Shown: positions 41,435 through 52,026, counted from the first letter of the stretch. The stretch is DNA of 64,000 nt from Vulcanimicrobiota bacterium (GCA_963812155.1 CAWETW010000003.1:608001-672000); one strand, 5' to 3'. The notes: a model not told the origin generated them from the sequence alone. Numbers and translations: made by a program.

Positions 41435-41554
41435 CTACTTTTGCTTTACCGAAACGCCGGCAATGACGGCACCGTAGGCGGTGCCCGGTCCGCCGAAGTG
41501 CGAGGCGCAACCCGCGAGTGAAAAGGCGATGACGAGCACCGTATAGCGAGCCAT
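41435..41554 (-). CDS. Small lipoprotein (39 aa)
   Basis: MARYTVLVIAFSLAGCASHFGGPGTAYGAVIAGVSVKQK; lipobox LAGC; RBS GGAGG 8 nt upstream. Confidence 0.55.
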   Translation of the reverse strand: MARYTVLVIAFSLAGCASHFGGPGTAYGAVIAGVSVKQK

Positions 41555-41676
41555 GCAACGAACCTCCAACGTGCGGTGAGGGCTTCGTTGATGAAGAGCA
41601 CCGTCCTGGCAACGCGCGACCTTCGACGTACTGCCGGCGGTGAGGTCGGCGCGGGGTTTTCCTCGAAAGGCGCGTC

Positions 41677-42729
41677 ATGAGCCGTCCCGAGTCCTCGCCC
41701 GATAGTTCGACCCTGCGCTTCGACGTCGTGGGGGCCGAAGGGCCGAAGCGGTATTTCAACGCGCTCTCGCGCGACTCGCTGGCGCACGCGTACCTCTTCA
41801 GCGGGCCGGCCGGCGTCGGAAAGAAGACGTTCGCGCGACGGCTTGCCCAGTCGCTGCTGTGTCAATCGCCCAAAGACGGCGTCTTAGGATACGACGGCAC
41901 GTGTTCGTCCTGCGTCATGTTTGCAGCCGGCGAGAACGCACGCCATCCCGATTTTCTCGAACACGAGGGAGCGTTGAAAATCGGCGACGCCGGCACCGCG
42001 ATCGGATTTTACGAAACCGAGGAGATGGGTTCTCGCGACATCGTGCGCTTGCTCTCGATGCGATCCTACGTCGGCGGCATGCGCGTGCTGCTGCTTGGTG
42101 ACGTGAGCTTCGCGAGCAACGAAGCGGCGAACGCTTTACTGAAATTTCTGGAGGAGCCGCCGCGCGGCGTGATTCTGCTGCTCACGACCCCGGCGCCGGG
42201 CCGGCTGATCGCAACGATTCGGTCGCGTTTGATCGACCTGCGCTTTACGCTGCTTTCCAAGGACGACGTGCGCAACGTGTTGCGGGAGCGCGGCGTATCC
42301 GCTGCGGATGCCGAACTCGGCGCATCGCTCGGCGGCGGCAGCGTCAGCCGCGCGCTGGCAACGCTCGAAGGTGAAGAAGAGTCTTTGCGCGCCCAGGCGG
42401 CGCGCTGGTTCTTCGAGAGTGCCGCGGGCGGATCGCCGGATCGTGCGTGGGCGACGCGCGAAACGCTTCTCGACGGCCTGCAGACGGTGAAGATGCTGGC
42501 GCGCGACTGGGTGGCCGCGTCGGCGGCGCCCCGCAGCGCCCTGCTCTGCAGCGACTATGCGAAGCAACTGCGGGCTCTGCCGGCACTCAACGCCGCGAAC
42601 TCCGTCGAGGTCCTGGCAAAACTCGACGAAGCGGCGTCGCTCGCGCGCACGAACGTTTCGCCGGGGCTCGTCGCGGACATGGTGCGCATGGCGCTGACGC
42701 GCGCCGGCGCCTTCACCAAAAGCGCGTAA
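41677..42729 (+). CDS. holB: DNA polymerase III delta-prime subunit
   Basis: HAYLFSGPAGVGK, HPDF, AANALLKFLEEPP, TIRSR. Confidence 0.9.
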   Translation: MSRPESSPDSSTLRFDVVGAEGPKRYFNALSRDSLAHAYLFSGPAGVGKKTFARRLAQSLLCQSPKDGVLGYDGTCSSCVMFAAGENARHPDFLEHEGALKIGDAGTAIGFYETEEMGSRDIVRLLSMRSYVGGMRVLLLGDVSFASNEAANALLKFLEEPPRGVILLLTTPAPGRLIATIRSRLIDLRFTLLSKDDVRNVLRERGVSAADAELGASLGGGSVSRALATLEGEEESLRAQAARWFFESAAGGSPDRAWATRETLLDGLQTVKMLARDWVAASAAPRSALLCSDYAKQLRALPALNAANSVEVLAKLDEAASLARTNVSPGLVADMVRMALTRAGAFTKSA

Positions 42730-43411
42730 AGGCGACGTCGTCGTACTGCTTCGCAAACGGAAAAGCGAGGTAGGCGAGCGCGAGTGCTCGCGCGGCCGCC
42801 ATTACGAGTTGCCATTCGAGCGGAGTGAGACGCGTCAGCAAGTAGGGTAAACCGATCGGCACGAGCACGTACCAGATCGCGAAGAAGACGACGGCGAGCA
42901 CGATCGAGGCCGCCACGTTGGCACGCACGCCTCGTATCGAGGCCGAAAGCGCCAGCGAGCCCGGCATGCCGCCGATCGCCGCCGCCGGCATCGTGTAAAT
43001 GAGGAAAAATGCGGCGACGGCGCCGAGCCCGAGCCCCACGTAGGCGCCGAGAAACGAGCCGATGTACGACGCCGCCCAAAAGATGAACTGAAATCCGACG
43101 GCTGCCAGCGCGATCCCGCCGAACTTCGCGCGCGCTTCGTCCCACGCTTCGTCGAACGAGCCGCGCCGGCTTCGCCAGATGTTGCTAGCCTGCACGATCG
43201 CCACGCCGAACGCCCACAGGTACACGAGCTGAATCAGCATGACGAAGATGCCGGCTCCGGCGCCGCCGAGCGCGTTGGTGAGCCAGGGCGTCACTTGGTC
43301 GACCAGCACGTCCACCACGGCGGCCAGCAGCGGCACCGCGAGAATCGAAGGATGGCGCAGCAGGAGCGGCACGGCGCGCGCGTACATGGAAAGGTCGAGA
43401 ACTCGCGTCAT
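42713..43411 (-). CDS. Multi-TM hypothetical membrane protein
   Basis: About six hydrophobic helices; abuts the MTAP gene. Confidence 0.7.
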   Translation of the reverse strand: MTRVLDLSMYARAVPLLLRHPSILAVPLLAAVVDVLVDQVTPWLTNALGGAGAGIFVMLIQLVYLWAFGVAIVQASNIWRSRRGSFDEAWDEARAKFGGIALAAVGFQFIFWAASYIGSFLGAYVGLGLGAVAAFFLIYTMPAAAIGGMPGSLALSASIRGVRANVAASIVLAVVFFAIWYVLVPIGLPYLLTRLTPLEWQLVMAAARALALAYLAFPFAKQYDDVAFTRFW

Positions 43412-44209
43412 CTACAGGCGGGCTCCCTCGAGCGCGTGCTTGCACGAGCAATCGGCATCCACGTCGATGCGCTCGATCATTTTGCCGATCGCCGTGCGTA
43501 CGCGCTCGTTGTTACGCTTGAAAACTCCGACCACGGCCTCGACGGTCACCGGCGGAATGCCTTCGAGCCCGACGTCGTAGTCGGTGACGAGCGAGATGTT
43601 TACGTAGCACATCTCGAGTTCGCGCGCGAGATAACACTCGGGATACTGCGTCATGTTGATGACTTCCCAGCCCTGATTCTGGTAGAACTTCGATTCGGCT
43701 CGCGTCGAGAAACGCGGGCCGGAAATGACGACGATCGTGCCGCGATCGTGCGTTTCGACGCCGATCGACCGCAACGCATCGACGGCGATAGGGCGCAGCG
43801 TCGGGCAGTATGGATCGGCAAAGCTGACGTGGGTGACCAGCGGTCCTTCGAAATACGTGCTGGGGCGTCCCCGCGTGAAGTCGACGACCTGGTCGCAGAC
43901 GACCATCGATCCCGGCGTGACCGCCTTTGCAAGCGAACCGGCGGCGGTCGGGCCGATGATCCACCGCACGCCCAGCGATTTCATCGCAAAGACGTTGGCG
44001 CGATAGTTGATCGCTTGCGGCGGAACTCGGTGATCGTTGGCGTGACGCGGCAAAAATGCGACGCGCTTGCCCGCAATTTCGCCGATGGAGACGCGGTCGC
44101 TCGGCGGGCCGTAGGGCGTTTCAATCCACGCTTCGCTCGCATCGTCCATCAGCGAATAGAATCCGGAACCTCCGAACACGCCGATGTCGGCAATCAACGC
44201 GCGAGCCAT
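43412..44209 (-). CDS. mtnP: S-methyl-5'-thioadenosine phosphorylase
   Basis: IGVFGGSGFY, TPYGPPS, FLPRH, INYRAN, GPRFSTRAES, INMT.YPE..LARE, VTDYD. Confidence 0.93.
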   Translation of the reverse strand: MARALIADIGVFGGSGFYSLMDDASEAWIETPYGPPSDRVSIGEIAGKRVAFLPRHANDHRVPPQAINYRANVFAMKSLGVRWIIGPTAAGSLAKAVTPGSMVVCDQVVDFTRGRPSTYFEGPLVTHVSFADPYCPTLRPIAVDALRSIGVETHDRGTIVVISGPRFSTRAESKFYQNQGWEVINMTQYPECYLARELEMCYVNISLVTDYDVGLEGIPPVTVEAVVGVFKRNNERVRTAIGKMIERIDVDADCSCKHALEGARL

Positions 44210-44260
44210 GGGCGGCGTCTTCGAGGTGAGAGGCGCGTCCCCTCGAAGGTGTGCGCGTCG

Positions 44261-45886
44261 ATGCGCCGTGCACTTGTTTTCGCGTTTGCAGTGGCCGCTT
44301 TCGCCGGGTGCGCCAAAACCCCGGCACCTTCCGCAGCGGGCGCGCGACACCCATGGACGCTGCCGCACGTGCTTCGCATCGCCGACATTTCCGACCCCGA
44401 CCACCTCAACCCGTACCTGTCGGAGATGGACGTATCGTACGATCTGTCGTCGCTGGTTTATTCGTATTTAGTCGTCGCCGACGATCGCGGCAAGCTGACC
44501 GGCGATCTCGCGGCCGACGTTCCGTCGCTCGCCAACGGCGGCATCTCCCGCGACGGACGAACGTACGTCTACCATCTGCGACGCGACGTCGTCTGGCACG
44601 ACGGCGTCGCGTTCGGCGCGCGCGACGTCGTCGCATCGTGGCGCGCCGTCATGAATCCCGCCAACAATACCTTCGAACACGAAGGCTACGATCGCGTGGC
44701 TTCCATCGGCGCACCCGATCGCTACACCGTCGTGGTCCGTTTGCGCGAGCGCTATCCGCCCTTCGTGTCGCGTTTCTTCGCACCGCTGCAGGAAGGCGCG
44801 AAGCCCGTTCTTCCGGCGCACCTGCTCTCGGCCGGCGGCGGCTTCAATGCGGGCTCGCTCGCGTCGCATCCGGTTGGAACGGGTCCCTTTGCATTCGTGT
44901 CGTGGGCGCGCGGCGACCGCATCGTCCTGAAGCGCTTCGATCGCTATTTCAAAGGACGGCCGGCGCTCGCGAGGATCGATTTCCGCGTCATTCCGAGCGA
45001 CCAGACGATCGCCGTGATGCTCCAAGAACACCAAATCGACTTAGTGGTCGCGCCGCAAACGTCGCTCGTCGATCAGTACCGTTCGACACCTGGCCTGTAC
45101 GCCGGCACTGCGCCGTGGAACTCGCAAACCTCGCTCGTTCTCAACGCGCGCAAGCCCGGTTTGCACGACGTCGCCGTGCGGCGTGCAATTGCGATGGCGG
45201 TTCCCTACGCGGCGATTCTCCGCGACGTGACGCGCGGTTTGTACGAGCCGGCGCGCAACAGCTTGCCGCCGACCGCAATCGGCTACGAGCCGTTGCCGCC
45301 GCGGGGCACGGACCCGGCGACTGCGGGTGACGAACTGCAACGCGCCGGCTGGATTGCGGGGCCCGACGGCGTACGCGCGCGCGGGGGTGTGCGCTTGGAG
45401 TTTACGCTCGCAACCATCGCCGGCTGGAGCAACGGCGAACGCGTCGCGCTGCTCGTCCAGTCGGCGTTACGCTCGTCGGGGATTGCGCTGACGATCAAAA
45501 CGTACCCGTATCGTACGATATTCGCCGCACCGAACGGCCCGATCTATAGCGGCAACTACGACATCGCGCTCTATAGCAGCACCCTCAACTGGGATCCCGA
45601 CGTCTATAATTACACCGCCTGCGACCGTTGGTACCCGCAAGGACAAAACATCTTCCGTTTTTGCGACCCGCGCCTCGACGTGCTGGAGCGCGCCGGGTTG
45701 CAAACCGACGATCCGGCGCGCCGCGCGCCGGTATACCGGCGCGCGAGCCGACTGATGTGGTCGGAGGTTCCCTACGTTCCCGTCTACGAAGCTCGGCGGC
45801 TGATCGTCCGCTCCGTCGATCTCCAAAACTACCGCGTCAATCCAACGTCGACGCCGTGGTGGAACGCTTGGCAGTGGGACATTTGA
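44261..45886 (+). CDS. Peptide/nickel ABC transporter substrate-binding lipoprotein (family 5)
   Basis: Lipobox FAGC, NGGISRDGRTY.YHLR, WHDG, PVGTGPF, WWNAWQW; no permease genes adjacent. Confidence 0.9.
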   Translation: MRRALVFAFAVAAFAGCAKTPAPSAAGARHPWTLPHVLRIADISDPDHLNPYLSEMDVSYDLSSLVYSYLVVADDRGKLTGDLAADVPSLANGGISRDGRTYVYHLRRDVVWHDGVAFGARDVVASWRAVMNPANNTFEHEGYDRVASIGAPDRYTVVVRLRERYPPFVSRFFAPLQEGAKPVLPAHLLSAGGGFNAGSLASHPVGTGPFAFVSWARGDRIVLKRFDRYFKGRPALARIDFRVIPSDQTIAVMLQEHQIDLVVAPQTSLVDQYRSTPGLYAGTAPWNSQTSLVLNARKPGLHDVAVRRAIAMAVPYAAILRDVTRGLYEPARNSLPPTAIGYEPLPPRGTDPATAGDELQRAGWIAGPDGVRARGGVRLEFTLATIAGWSNGERVALLVQSALRSSGIALTIKTYPYRTIFAAPNGPIYSGNYDIALYSSTLNWDPDVYNYTACDRWYPQGQNIFRFCDPRLDVLERAGLQTDDPARRAPVYRRASRLMWSEVPYVPVYEARRLIVRSVDLQNYRVNPTSTPWWNAWQWDI

Positions 45887-45892
45887 AATCGT

Positions 45893-45927
45893 CCTTCGAC
45901 TGCGCTTCGCTGCGCTCAGGATGACAC
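45893..45927 (+). repeat. REP-like element (solo copy)
   Basis: CCTTCGACTGCGCTTCGCTGCGCTCAGGATGACAC between convergent genes; matches the 56.7-kb cluster. Confidence 0.7.
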
Positions 45928-45937
45928 GTGCGTAAGG

Positions 45938-47284
45938 TTAGTCGTCGAGGATGAGATTCGAGGGCGTTTCGTTGAGGAAGTAGCTCTCGGGATAGTCGGC
46001 CTGAATCTGTTTGAAGGGCCGCGGCGATTGTTTGAAATCGAACGCATCCAACATCGAGGCGGCGCGGCGATCGGTTGTGCCGGTGGTTCCCACTCCGAAG
46101 ATCTGTTCGATCGTTTTCAGAATGCTTCCAAATTCGTACTGCTGGTGCTCGACGTAGCCTTTCTTGGCGTACGGCGATACGATGAGACACGGAACGCGTA
46201 TACCCAATCCGCGATAGTCGAGCTGCGGGGGCGCGACGTTATCGTACCAGCCGCCCCAATCGTCCCATACGACGACGATCGCCGAAGTATTCCAATCGGG
46301 GCCCGTGCCGATCGCATTGACGACCGACGCCACCCACGAGGGCCCGGTTTTCGACCCAGCTTCGGGATGATCGGAGTTCGCCATCGTCGGAATCACCCAC
46401 GAAACGCCGGCAAGATTTCCGGATGCGGCGTCCTTGAGGATTTGCTTCGGCGTCTTGACGACGTTCGACCAATCTTTTCCGTAGCGAACGTCTTTGATCG
46501 CATCGAAGGCGTTCCACAGCGAGAGACCGCCTTGCGGATCGTTGTAGTACTTCCAGGATACCCCGGCGTCATCCAACGGGCCGGCCAGGGTGTGGAAGGA
46601 GAAGCACGGGAACGGGCCTTCGTGCTCCAAGTATTCGCCGGAGCTCGTGATCAGGTTCGTGACCGTTCCGGGCGGATCGTCGCAGCTGCCGTTCGCCGTT
46701 CTGCCGTCGTAGTAGGGCAGGTCGACGACCGACTTGCCGGCTGCCACCGTCGTCGTGCCGGCAATCAAGTTGAGATGCGCGGTAAAGCTCGGCCCCAACT
46801 CGGTCGGAAACATGTGATCGGCGAGCACGTACTGATTCGCCAGATCCCAGTACGGCTTGACGAGCGACCGCCGCACGTACTTGTACGGTTCGTATTTCGT
46901 AAACGGCGGCGCCGGCGGCACTTCGTCGAATCCGTTCATCGCGCCGCCGTTGATGTCGGTGCGCGCGTTTGCGTAAGAGTGCGTGATGACGACCTTCGCA
47001 AACGTGGTCGCTCTGAGTTTTGTGGTCTTGCCGTCGTGCATCTTGCCGGTCATCGTCGAATCGGCCCCGGGATAACCGGCGAACAGATTGTCGAAGCTGC
47101 GGTTCTCCTGCACGACGACGATCACATGGCGGATCGGCGTCTTGCGGTAGGGTTGGTCGAGATCGCCGGCGCGTGCGGTCACCGCCGGCGCAGAGGCGGG
47201 AGCGAATGCGCCGGCGCACGCGCTCAGCGTCAGGATTGCGACCGGAATGACGCCGGCACCGAGCCGCGCGATCCAACGTCTCAC
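45938..47284 (-). CDS. Phosphoesterase (phospholipase C/acid phosphatase family) lipoprotein
   Basis: IRHVIVVVQENRSFDNLF, GPSFTAH, WDDWGGWYD, LGIRVP. Confidence 0.9.
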   Translation of the reverse strand: MRRWIARLGAGVIPVAILTLSACAGAFAPASAPAVTARAGDLDQPYRKTPIRHVIVVVQENRSFDNLFAGYPGADSTMTGKMHDGKTTKLRATTFAKVVITHSYANARTDINGGAMNGFDEVPPAPPFTKYEPYKYVRRSLVKPYWDLANQYVLADHMFPTELGPSFTAHLNLIAGTTTVAAGKSVVDLPYYDGRTANGSCDDPPGTVTNLITSSGEYLEHEGPFPCFSFHTLAGPLDDAGVSWKYYNDPQGGLSLWNAFDAIKDVRYGKDWSNVVKTPKQILKDAASGNLAGVSWVIPTMANSDHPEAGSKTGPSWVASVVNAIGTGPDWNTSAIVVVWDDWGGWYDNVAPPQLDYRGLGIRVPCLIVSPYAKKGYVEHQQYEFGSILKTIEQIFGVGTTGTTDRRAASMLDAFDFKQSPRPFKQIQADYPESYFLNETPSNLILDD

Positions 47285-47292
47285 GGGTGGCG

Positions 47293-47769
47293 TCAGCGGT
47301 TGAAGTCCGAGGGTTTGAGGTCGTCGAGGAACTTCTTGAAGCGCGCCATCTCGTTGTCGTTGACGGGCTTCTTTTCGGCGGTCGATTCCTCGAGGACGAT
47401 CTTGTCGGAGACGAAGATCGGCGCCTGAACGCGCAGCGCGAGCGCGATGCCGTCGGACGGCCGCGCGTCGATCTCCTGGAGATCGCCGTTGGTGCGCACG
47501 ACGAGCTTCGCGAAGAACGTCGAGTCCTTGATGTCGTGAATGACGACCTGCTCGAGGTTGGCGTTGAGGGTTTCGAGGATGCTGCGCATGAGGTCGTGCG
47601 AGAGCGGCCGCGGCACCGGAGCGCCTTCGAGCGCGAGCGCGATCGCGGTTGCTTCGAACGGCCCGATCAGGATCGGTAGGTAATGCGATCCGTCCATGTC
47701 CTTGAGGATGACGACCGGATCGTGGGTCAAAAGGTCGATGCCGAGTTTGTCGACCTTCATCTGGCGCAT
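47293..47769 (-). CDS. Bifunctional nuclease family protein (DUF151)
   Basis: LPILIGPFEATAI, RPLSHDL, IDARPSDGIALALR. Confidence 0.92.
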   Translation of the reverse strand: MRQMKVDKLGIDLLTHDPVVILKDMDGSHYLPILIGPFEATAIALALEGAPVPRPLSHDLMRSILETLNANLEQVVIHDIKDSTFFAKLVVRTNGDLQEIDARPSDGIALALRVQAPIFVSDKIVLEESTAEKKPVNDNEMARFKKFLDDLKPSDFNR

Positions 47770-47874
47770 GGACGACGTATCCGACGCGTCCCGGGTGGTC
47801 GCCTCCAAGCGTAGCGGCGGCCCCGGGGCGGGTAGGGCGAGCGGCGCGAGCAGCCGAACGGAGGGCGGTTCATC

Positions 47875-48968
47875 ATGGCCCTCTCGTGCGGAATCGTGGG
47901 CTTGCCCAACGTCGGCAAGTCGACAATTTTTAACGCGCTGACGCGCTCGGCGCAAGCGCTCGCGGCGAACTATCCGTTCGCGACGATCGAACCGAATGTC
48001 GGCGAAGTCGCAGTTCCCGACGAACGGCTGCGCGTTCTGCAAAGCTCGTCAACGCACGTCGCATCGTTCCGGCAACCGTGCGGTTCGTCGACATCGCGGG
48101 ATTGGTTCGCGGAGCGAGCACCGGCCAAGGACTCGGCAACGCGTTTCTCAGCCACATCCGCGAAACGGATGCGGTGGCGATGGTGGTGCGCTGCTTCGAA
48201 GATCCCGACGTTACGCACGTCGAAGGCCACCCGGATCCGCGCCGCGACGTCGAAATCGTCGGGATCGAGCTGGCACTTGCGGACCTCGAGACGATGCGTC
48301 GCCACATTCCCAAACTGGAGCGTGAAGTTCGCACCGACGCCAAACTTCGAGGCCGCCTCGAGGCGGCGCGCGCGGTTGCGGCGGCGTTGGAAGAGGGCAG
48401 ACCCGCGCGCGCGTTTCCGCACGGATCTCCGCAAGCCGAATCGGCGGCCGCCGCGTCATTGCTCACCGCGCGCCCGCTCCTCTACGTTGCCAACATCGCC
48501 GAATCGCAAATCGGCAATCCGGGGCCGATGGTCGAAGTGCTTCGCGAGATCGCTGCGGCAGAGGACGGCCGCCTGGTGGTGCTTTCGGGAAAGGTCGAGG
48601 CCGAACTCGCCGGCCTCTCGGACGACGAGGCGCGCGATTTTCGCGGCGAACTGGGGCTCGTGCGCAGCGGTCTCGACGAACTGGCCGTCGCCGCCTACGA
48701 CGCGCTCGGCCTGATGACGTTTCTCACGGCGGGCGAAAAGGAAGTGCGCGCCTGGACGATCCCCCGCGGCACCAAGGCGCCCGAAGCAGCCGGACGCATT
48801 CACGGCGACATCGAGCGCGGCTTCATTCGCGCGGAGATCGTGTCGTACGACGATTACGTCGCGCACCGAACGATGGAGGCGCTGCGAGCCGCCGGACTGA
48901 TGCGCAGCGAAGGACGCGAGTACGTCATGCACGAGGGAGACGTCGTCAACTTCCGCTTCAATGTCTAA
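47875..48968 (+). CDS. ychF: Redox-regulated ATPase YchF; apparent frameshift at ~48042
   Basis: [51 protein letters not shown]...GDV..FRFNV. Confidence 0.94.
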
Positions 48969-49058
48969 TAGCGGCACTACGACTTTTCACTCAGCGACCC
49001 GATGCGGAGGGGTCGGGGAAGCCCGGGCGCAAGTCATGCCGCGGAGGCATCTACCTGT

Positions 49059-50328
49059 ATGGCGGTATTGACCACCCCTGCGCGTGAAGTTTCGGTTTTC
49101 GGCGATGCGATCGCATATTTCAAAGAAGCAGCCGATTTGCTCGAGCTCGACGCCGGAATGCGGCGTATCCTCACCAGCCCCGCACGCCAGATCATCTTTG
49201 CGATTCCCTTTCAGCGCGACTCGGGTGAGTTCGAAGTCTACACCGGCTACCGGGTGCAGTTCAGCTTTGCGCGCGGGCCGGCCAAAGGCGGCATTCGGTA
49301 CCATCCGGGCGTGACGCTCGACGAAGTCACCGCGCTGGCGTTCTGGATGACGTGGAAGTGCGCGGTGGTCGATCTGCCGTTCGGCGGCGGCAAAGGCGGC
49401 GTCACCTGCGATCCAAGTTCGCTCTCGATGAACGAAATCGAACGCATCACGCGCCGCTACGCGGCCGAACTGGTCGAAGTCGTCGGCCCCGACAAAGACG
49501 TGCCCGCGCCCGACGTCAACACGACGCCGCAAATCATGGCGTGGTTCATGGACACGTACTCGATGCACGTGCGCCAAAATCAGCCGGGCGTCGTCACCGG
49601 CAAGCCGCTCGAAATCGGCGGCTCGCGCGGTCGCGTCGAAGCCACCGGGCGCGGCGTGACGATCTGCGCGCTCGATCGAAATGAGCGAGATGGCATCCAT
49701 CCCGAAAATGCCACCGTCGCGATTCAAGGCTTCGGCAACGTGGGCCGCTACGCGGCGAAGCTTTTCGAGGAACGCGGCTGCCGCGTCGTCGGCATCTCCG
49801 ACGTCACCGGCGCGTACTATAACCCCGAAGGCATCTACGTCAGCGGCGCGATGGCCCACGTGGCGCAGCACGGCACGCTCGAAGGTTTCAAAGGCGGCGA
49901 CAGAATTACCAACGCCGAGTTGCTCGGCTCGCGAGTGCGACGTGCTCGTGCCGGCCGCACTCGAAAAGGTCTTCAACGCGGAGACCGCCGCCAAAGTTCA
50001 GGCTAAGCTCATCGTCGAGGGTGCGAACGGGCCGACGACGCCCGAAGCCGACCGCATCTTCAAAGAGAAGGGCATCGTCGTGATTCCCGACATCATGGCC
50101 AACGCGGGCGGCGTCACCGTCTCGTACTTCGAGTGGGTGCAAGACCGCATGGGATACTTTTGGAAGGAATCCGAGGTCAACCAGCGGCTCGAGGAGTTTC
50201 TTCTCGCGAATCTGCACGAAGTGCGCGCCATCAGCAACGCGCGCGGCGCCACCCTGCGCACCGCCGCCTACACGCTCGCGATCGACCGCGTCGTGAAGGC
50301 TTTGCGGATGCGCGGCATCTACGCCTAG
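49059..50328 (+). CDS. gdh: Glu/Leu/Phe/Val dehydrogenase; apparent frameshift at ~49928
   Basis: [47 protein letters not shown]. Confidence 0.93.
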
Positions 50329-50337
50329 CGCCTCATT

Positions 50338-52026
50338 TTAGTTTTGCGTCGGGCGGCGACGGTCGATGATGCCGCTCGACGACGGTCCGCACAGGGCGGG
50401 GTTCTGCGCACAGGGCGGGGCGTACGGATCCGGATAACAGTAGCTCGTATTGTTGCAGCGTTTTCCTGCGTACGCAGCCTTCACGTCGATTTGCGGAATA
50501 CGCGCGCCGTACGCGCCGTTGATCGTTGCGATGAATGCATAGGCGAGCAGTGCGTAGCCGGTGTTCGACGGATGCAAGCCGTCGAAGCTCACGAGGCCGC
50601 CTTCGAAGCCCAGCGTGCAGCATTGATTCGGGCGGCTGATGCCGATCGCCATGCGGAAGTACGGATTCGACGGGTCGCCGCTGGCAATACCGGAGAAGAT
50701 CGACGCCACGTCTACCAGCGGGGTCGACGTATTTTGGGCGGCCGTCGCGATGCCGTCGTTAACGGCCGTGTTGAGTGCCTGCACCTTCGCCGCGAATGCG
50801 GGCGTGATGTAGAACATTCCCAGCCCGCTGCCCGGTTTACCGTTGTCCAGATCCGGCAGCTTTCCGTGGTCGTGGTAGTACTGGATGATCGCAAACGTTC
50901 CCTGGAGCGTCAGATATCCGCACGGTTCGTCGAGCGAGGTGGGTTCGCAACCGCTCGGCGTAGCGAGGTGGTACTGCAGCGCAATCTTGGCAGTCAGGCC
51001 GGCGGCCACGGCCGGGGAAATCTGCAGAACCGTTTGGAAGACGCACGCGACGTACGTCTGAATATTCCGCGCGCAGATCGAGCGTGACGGAATCGTGACG
51101 CGCATGAAATACGGCGTCTCGAGGATGTTCGGAAGATTCGCCGCGACGACGTGGGCGCCGGCGTGTTTGAGCGTCCCGATGGCTTGCCGCAGGTCCGCCG
51201 CGGCTTGACCCGGCGTGGAGTCGCCGCCGAGGAAGAGGCCGCCCGAGCCCATGAACTTCAATACGTCGTTGGCGCCGAGCCATACGAGCGCGAGCGTCGG
51301 TTTCAACTGCGCCCCGGCGTTGACCATTGTGAGCTTCGAGTTCATGAACGACCAGTTGCGCAGCACCGGCCAGTACGTGCTGCTCTCGCCGTCGACGACT
51401 TGCTGTAACAGCCCGCGGATTCCCGGAAGCGCCTTGCACGTATTCGATTGGGGCTGCGAGATCATGTTGGCTTCGTGCAGCGTGATGCCGGGCACCGCGA
51501 CATTGCGAATCGTCGTCGAGAACGGATTCATGCGCACGCGTTTGCTGCCCGTTAAGAGATAGCCGGCCGCGTTGAAGCCGCCGTCGTCGGCGCACGCGTT
51601 GCCCTGTTTCTCCGGCTCGAACGGCAGGCCGAGGGCTGGAACGAGTTCATTGTTGATGCCGGGACCGGCGATCAATGGAAGCGGACTGACGTTCGGATCG
51701 AACTCGTTTGCAATCGCTTGCGAGAGCGGAAGTCCCGACGCCTGCTCGTCGACGTCGGCCCACCAGCCTTGCTCTTGCGTCGGCGGCACCGTGAGTCCGG
51801 GAAAGAGCGGGTCGGGCACGCCGGTAGCGCCGAGCATGCCGCCGGCTTGGTAGCCGGCCGTCAAACTATCGCCGACGCCGACGATGCGCGAGAGCAGCGG
51901 CTGTCCGCCGGGGTTGCCGCCGTTGCCGGCTGGAACGGCGCCGCCCGAGCTGCCGCCTCCGCCGCATGCGGTCATCGCCGTCAAGCTCGCAACTGCGAGC
52001 GCTTTTCGCAACGTTATGAGATTCAT
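50338..52026 (-). CDS. SGNH/GDSL hydrolase lipoprotein
   Basis: Lipobox MTAC, GDSL, NVAVPG, WLGANDVL, FDGLHP. Confidence 0.87.
   Translation of the reverse strand: MNLITLRKALAVASLTAMTACGGGGSSGGAVPAGNGGNPGGQPLLSRIVGVGDSLTAGYQAGGMLGATGVPDPLFPGLTVPPTQEQGWWADVDEQASGLPLSQAIANEFDPNVSPLPLIAGPGINNELVPALGLPFEPEKQGNACADDGGFNAAGYLLTGSKRVRMNPFSTTIRNVAVPGITLHEANMISQPQSNTCKALPGIRGLLQQVVDGESSTYWPVLRNWSFMNSKLTMVNAGAQLKPTLALVWLGANDVLKFMGSGGLFLGGDSTPGQAAADLRQAIGTLKHAGAHVVAANLPNILETPYFMRVTIPSRSICARNIQTYVACVFQTVLQISPAVAAGLTAKIALQYHLATPSGCEPTSLDEPCGYLTLQGTFAIIQYYHDHGKLPDLDNGKPGSGLGMFYITPAFAAKVQALNTAVNDGIATAAQNTSTPLVDVASIFSGIASGDPSNPYFRMAIGISRPNQCCTLGFEGGLVSFDGLHPSNTGYALLAYAFIATINGAYGARIPQIDVKAAYAGKRCNNTSYCYPDPYAPPCAQNPALCGPSSSGIIDRRRPTQN

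Noticed and set aside
44219..44248. Inverted repeat CTTCGAGG...CCTCGAAG as a terminator or operator
   Set aside because: It lies between divergent starts and is explained by two overlapping AGG-N17-CGAAG promoter-like motifs.
16808..50328. Calling nfo, pdxS, pdxT, ychF, gdh, the decarboxylase and the ECF sigma pseudogenes
   Set aside because: Only single-base indels are present, often in homopolymers, and catalytic motifs are intact, so sequencing error is more likely.
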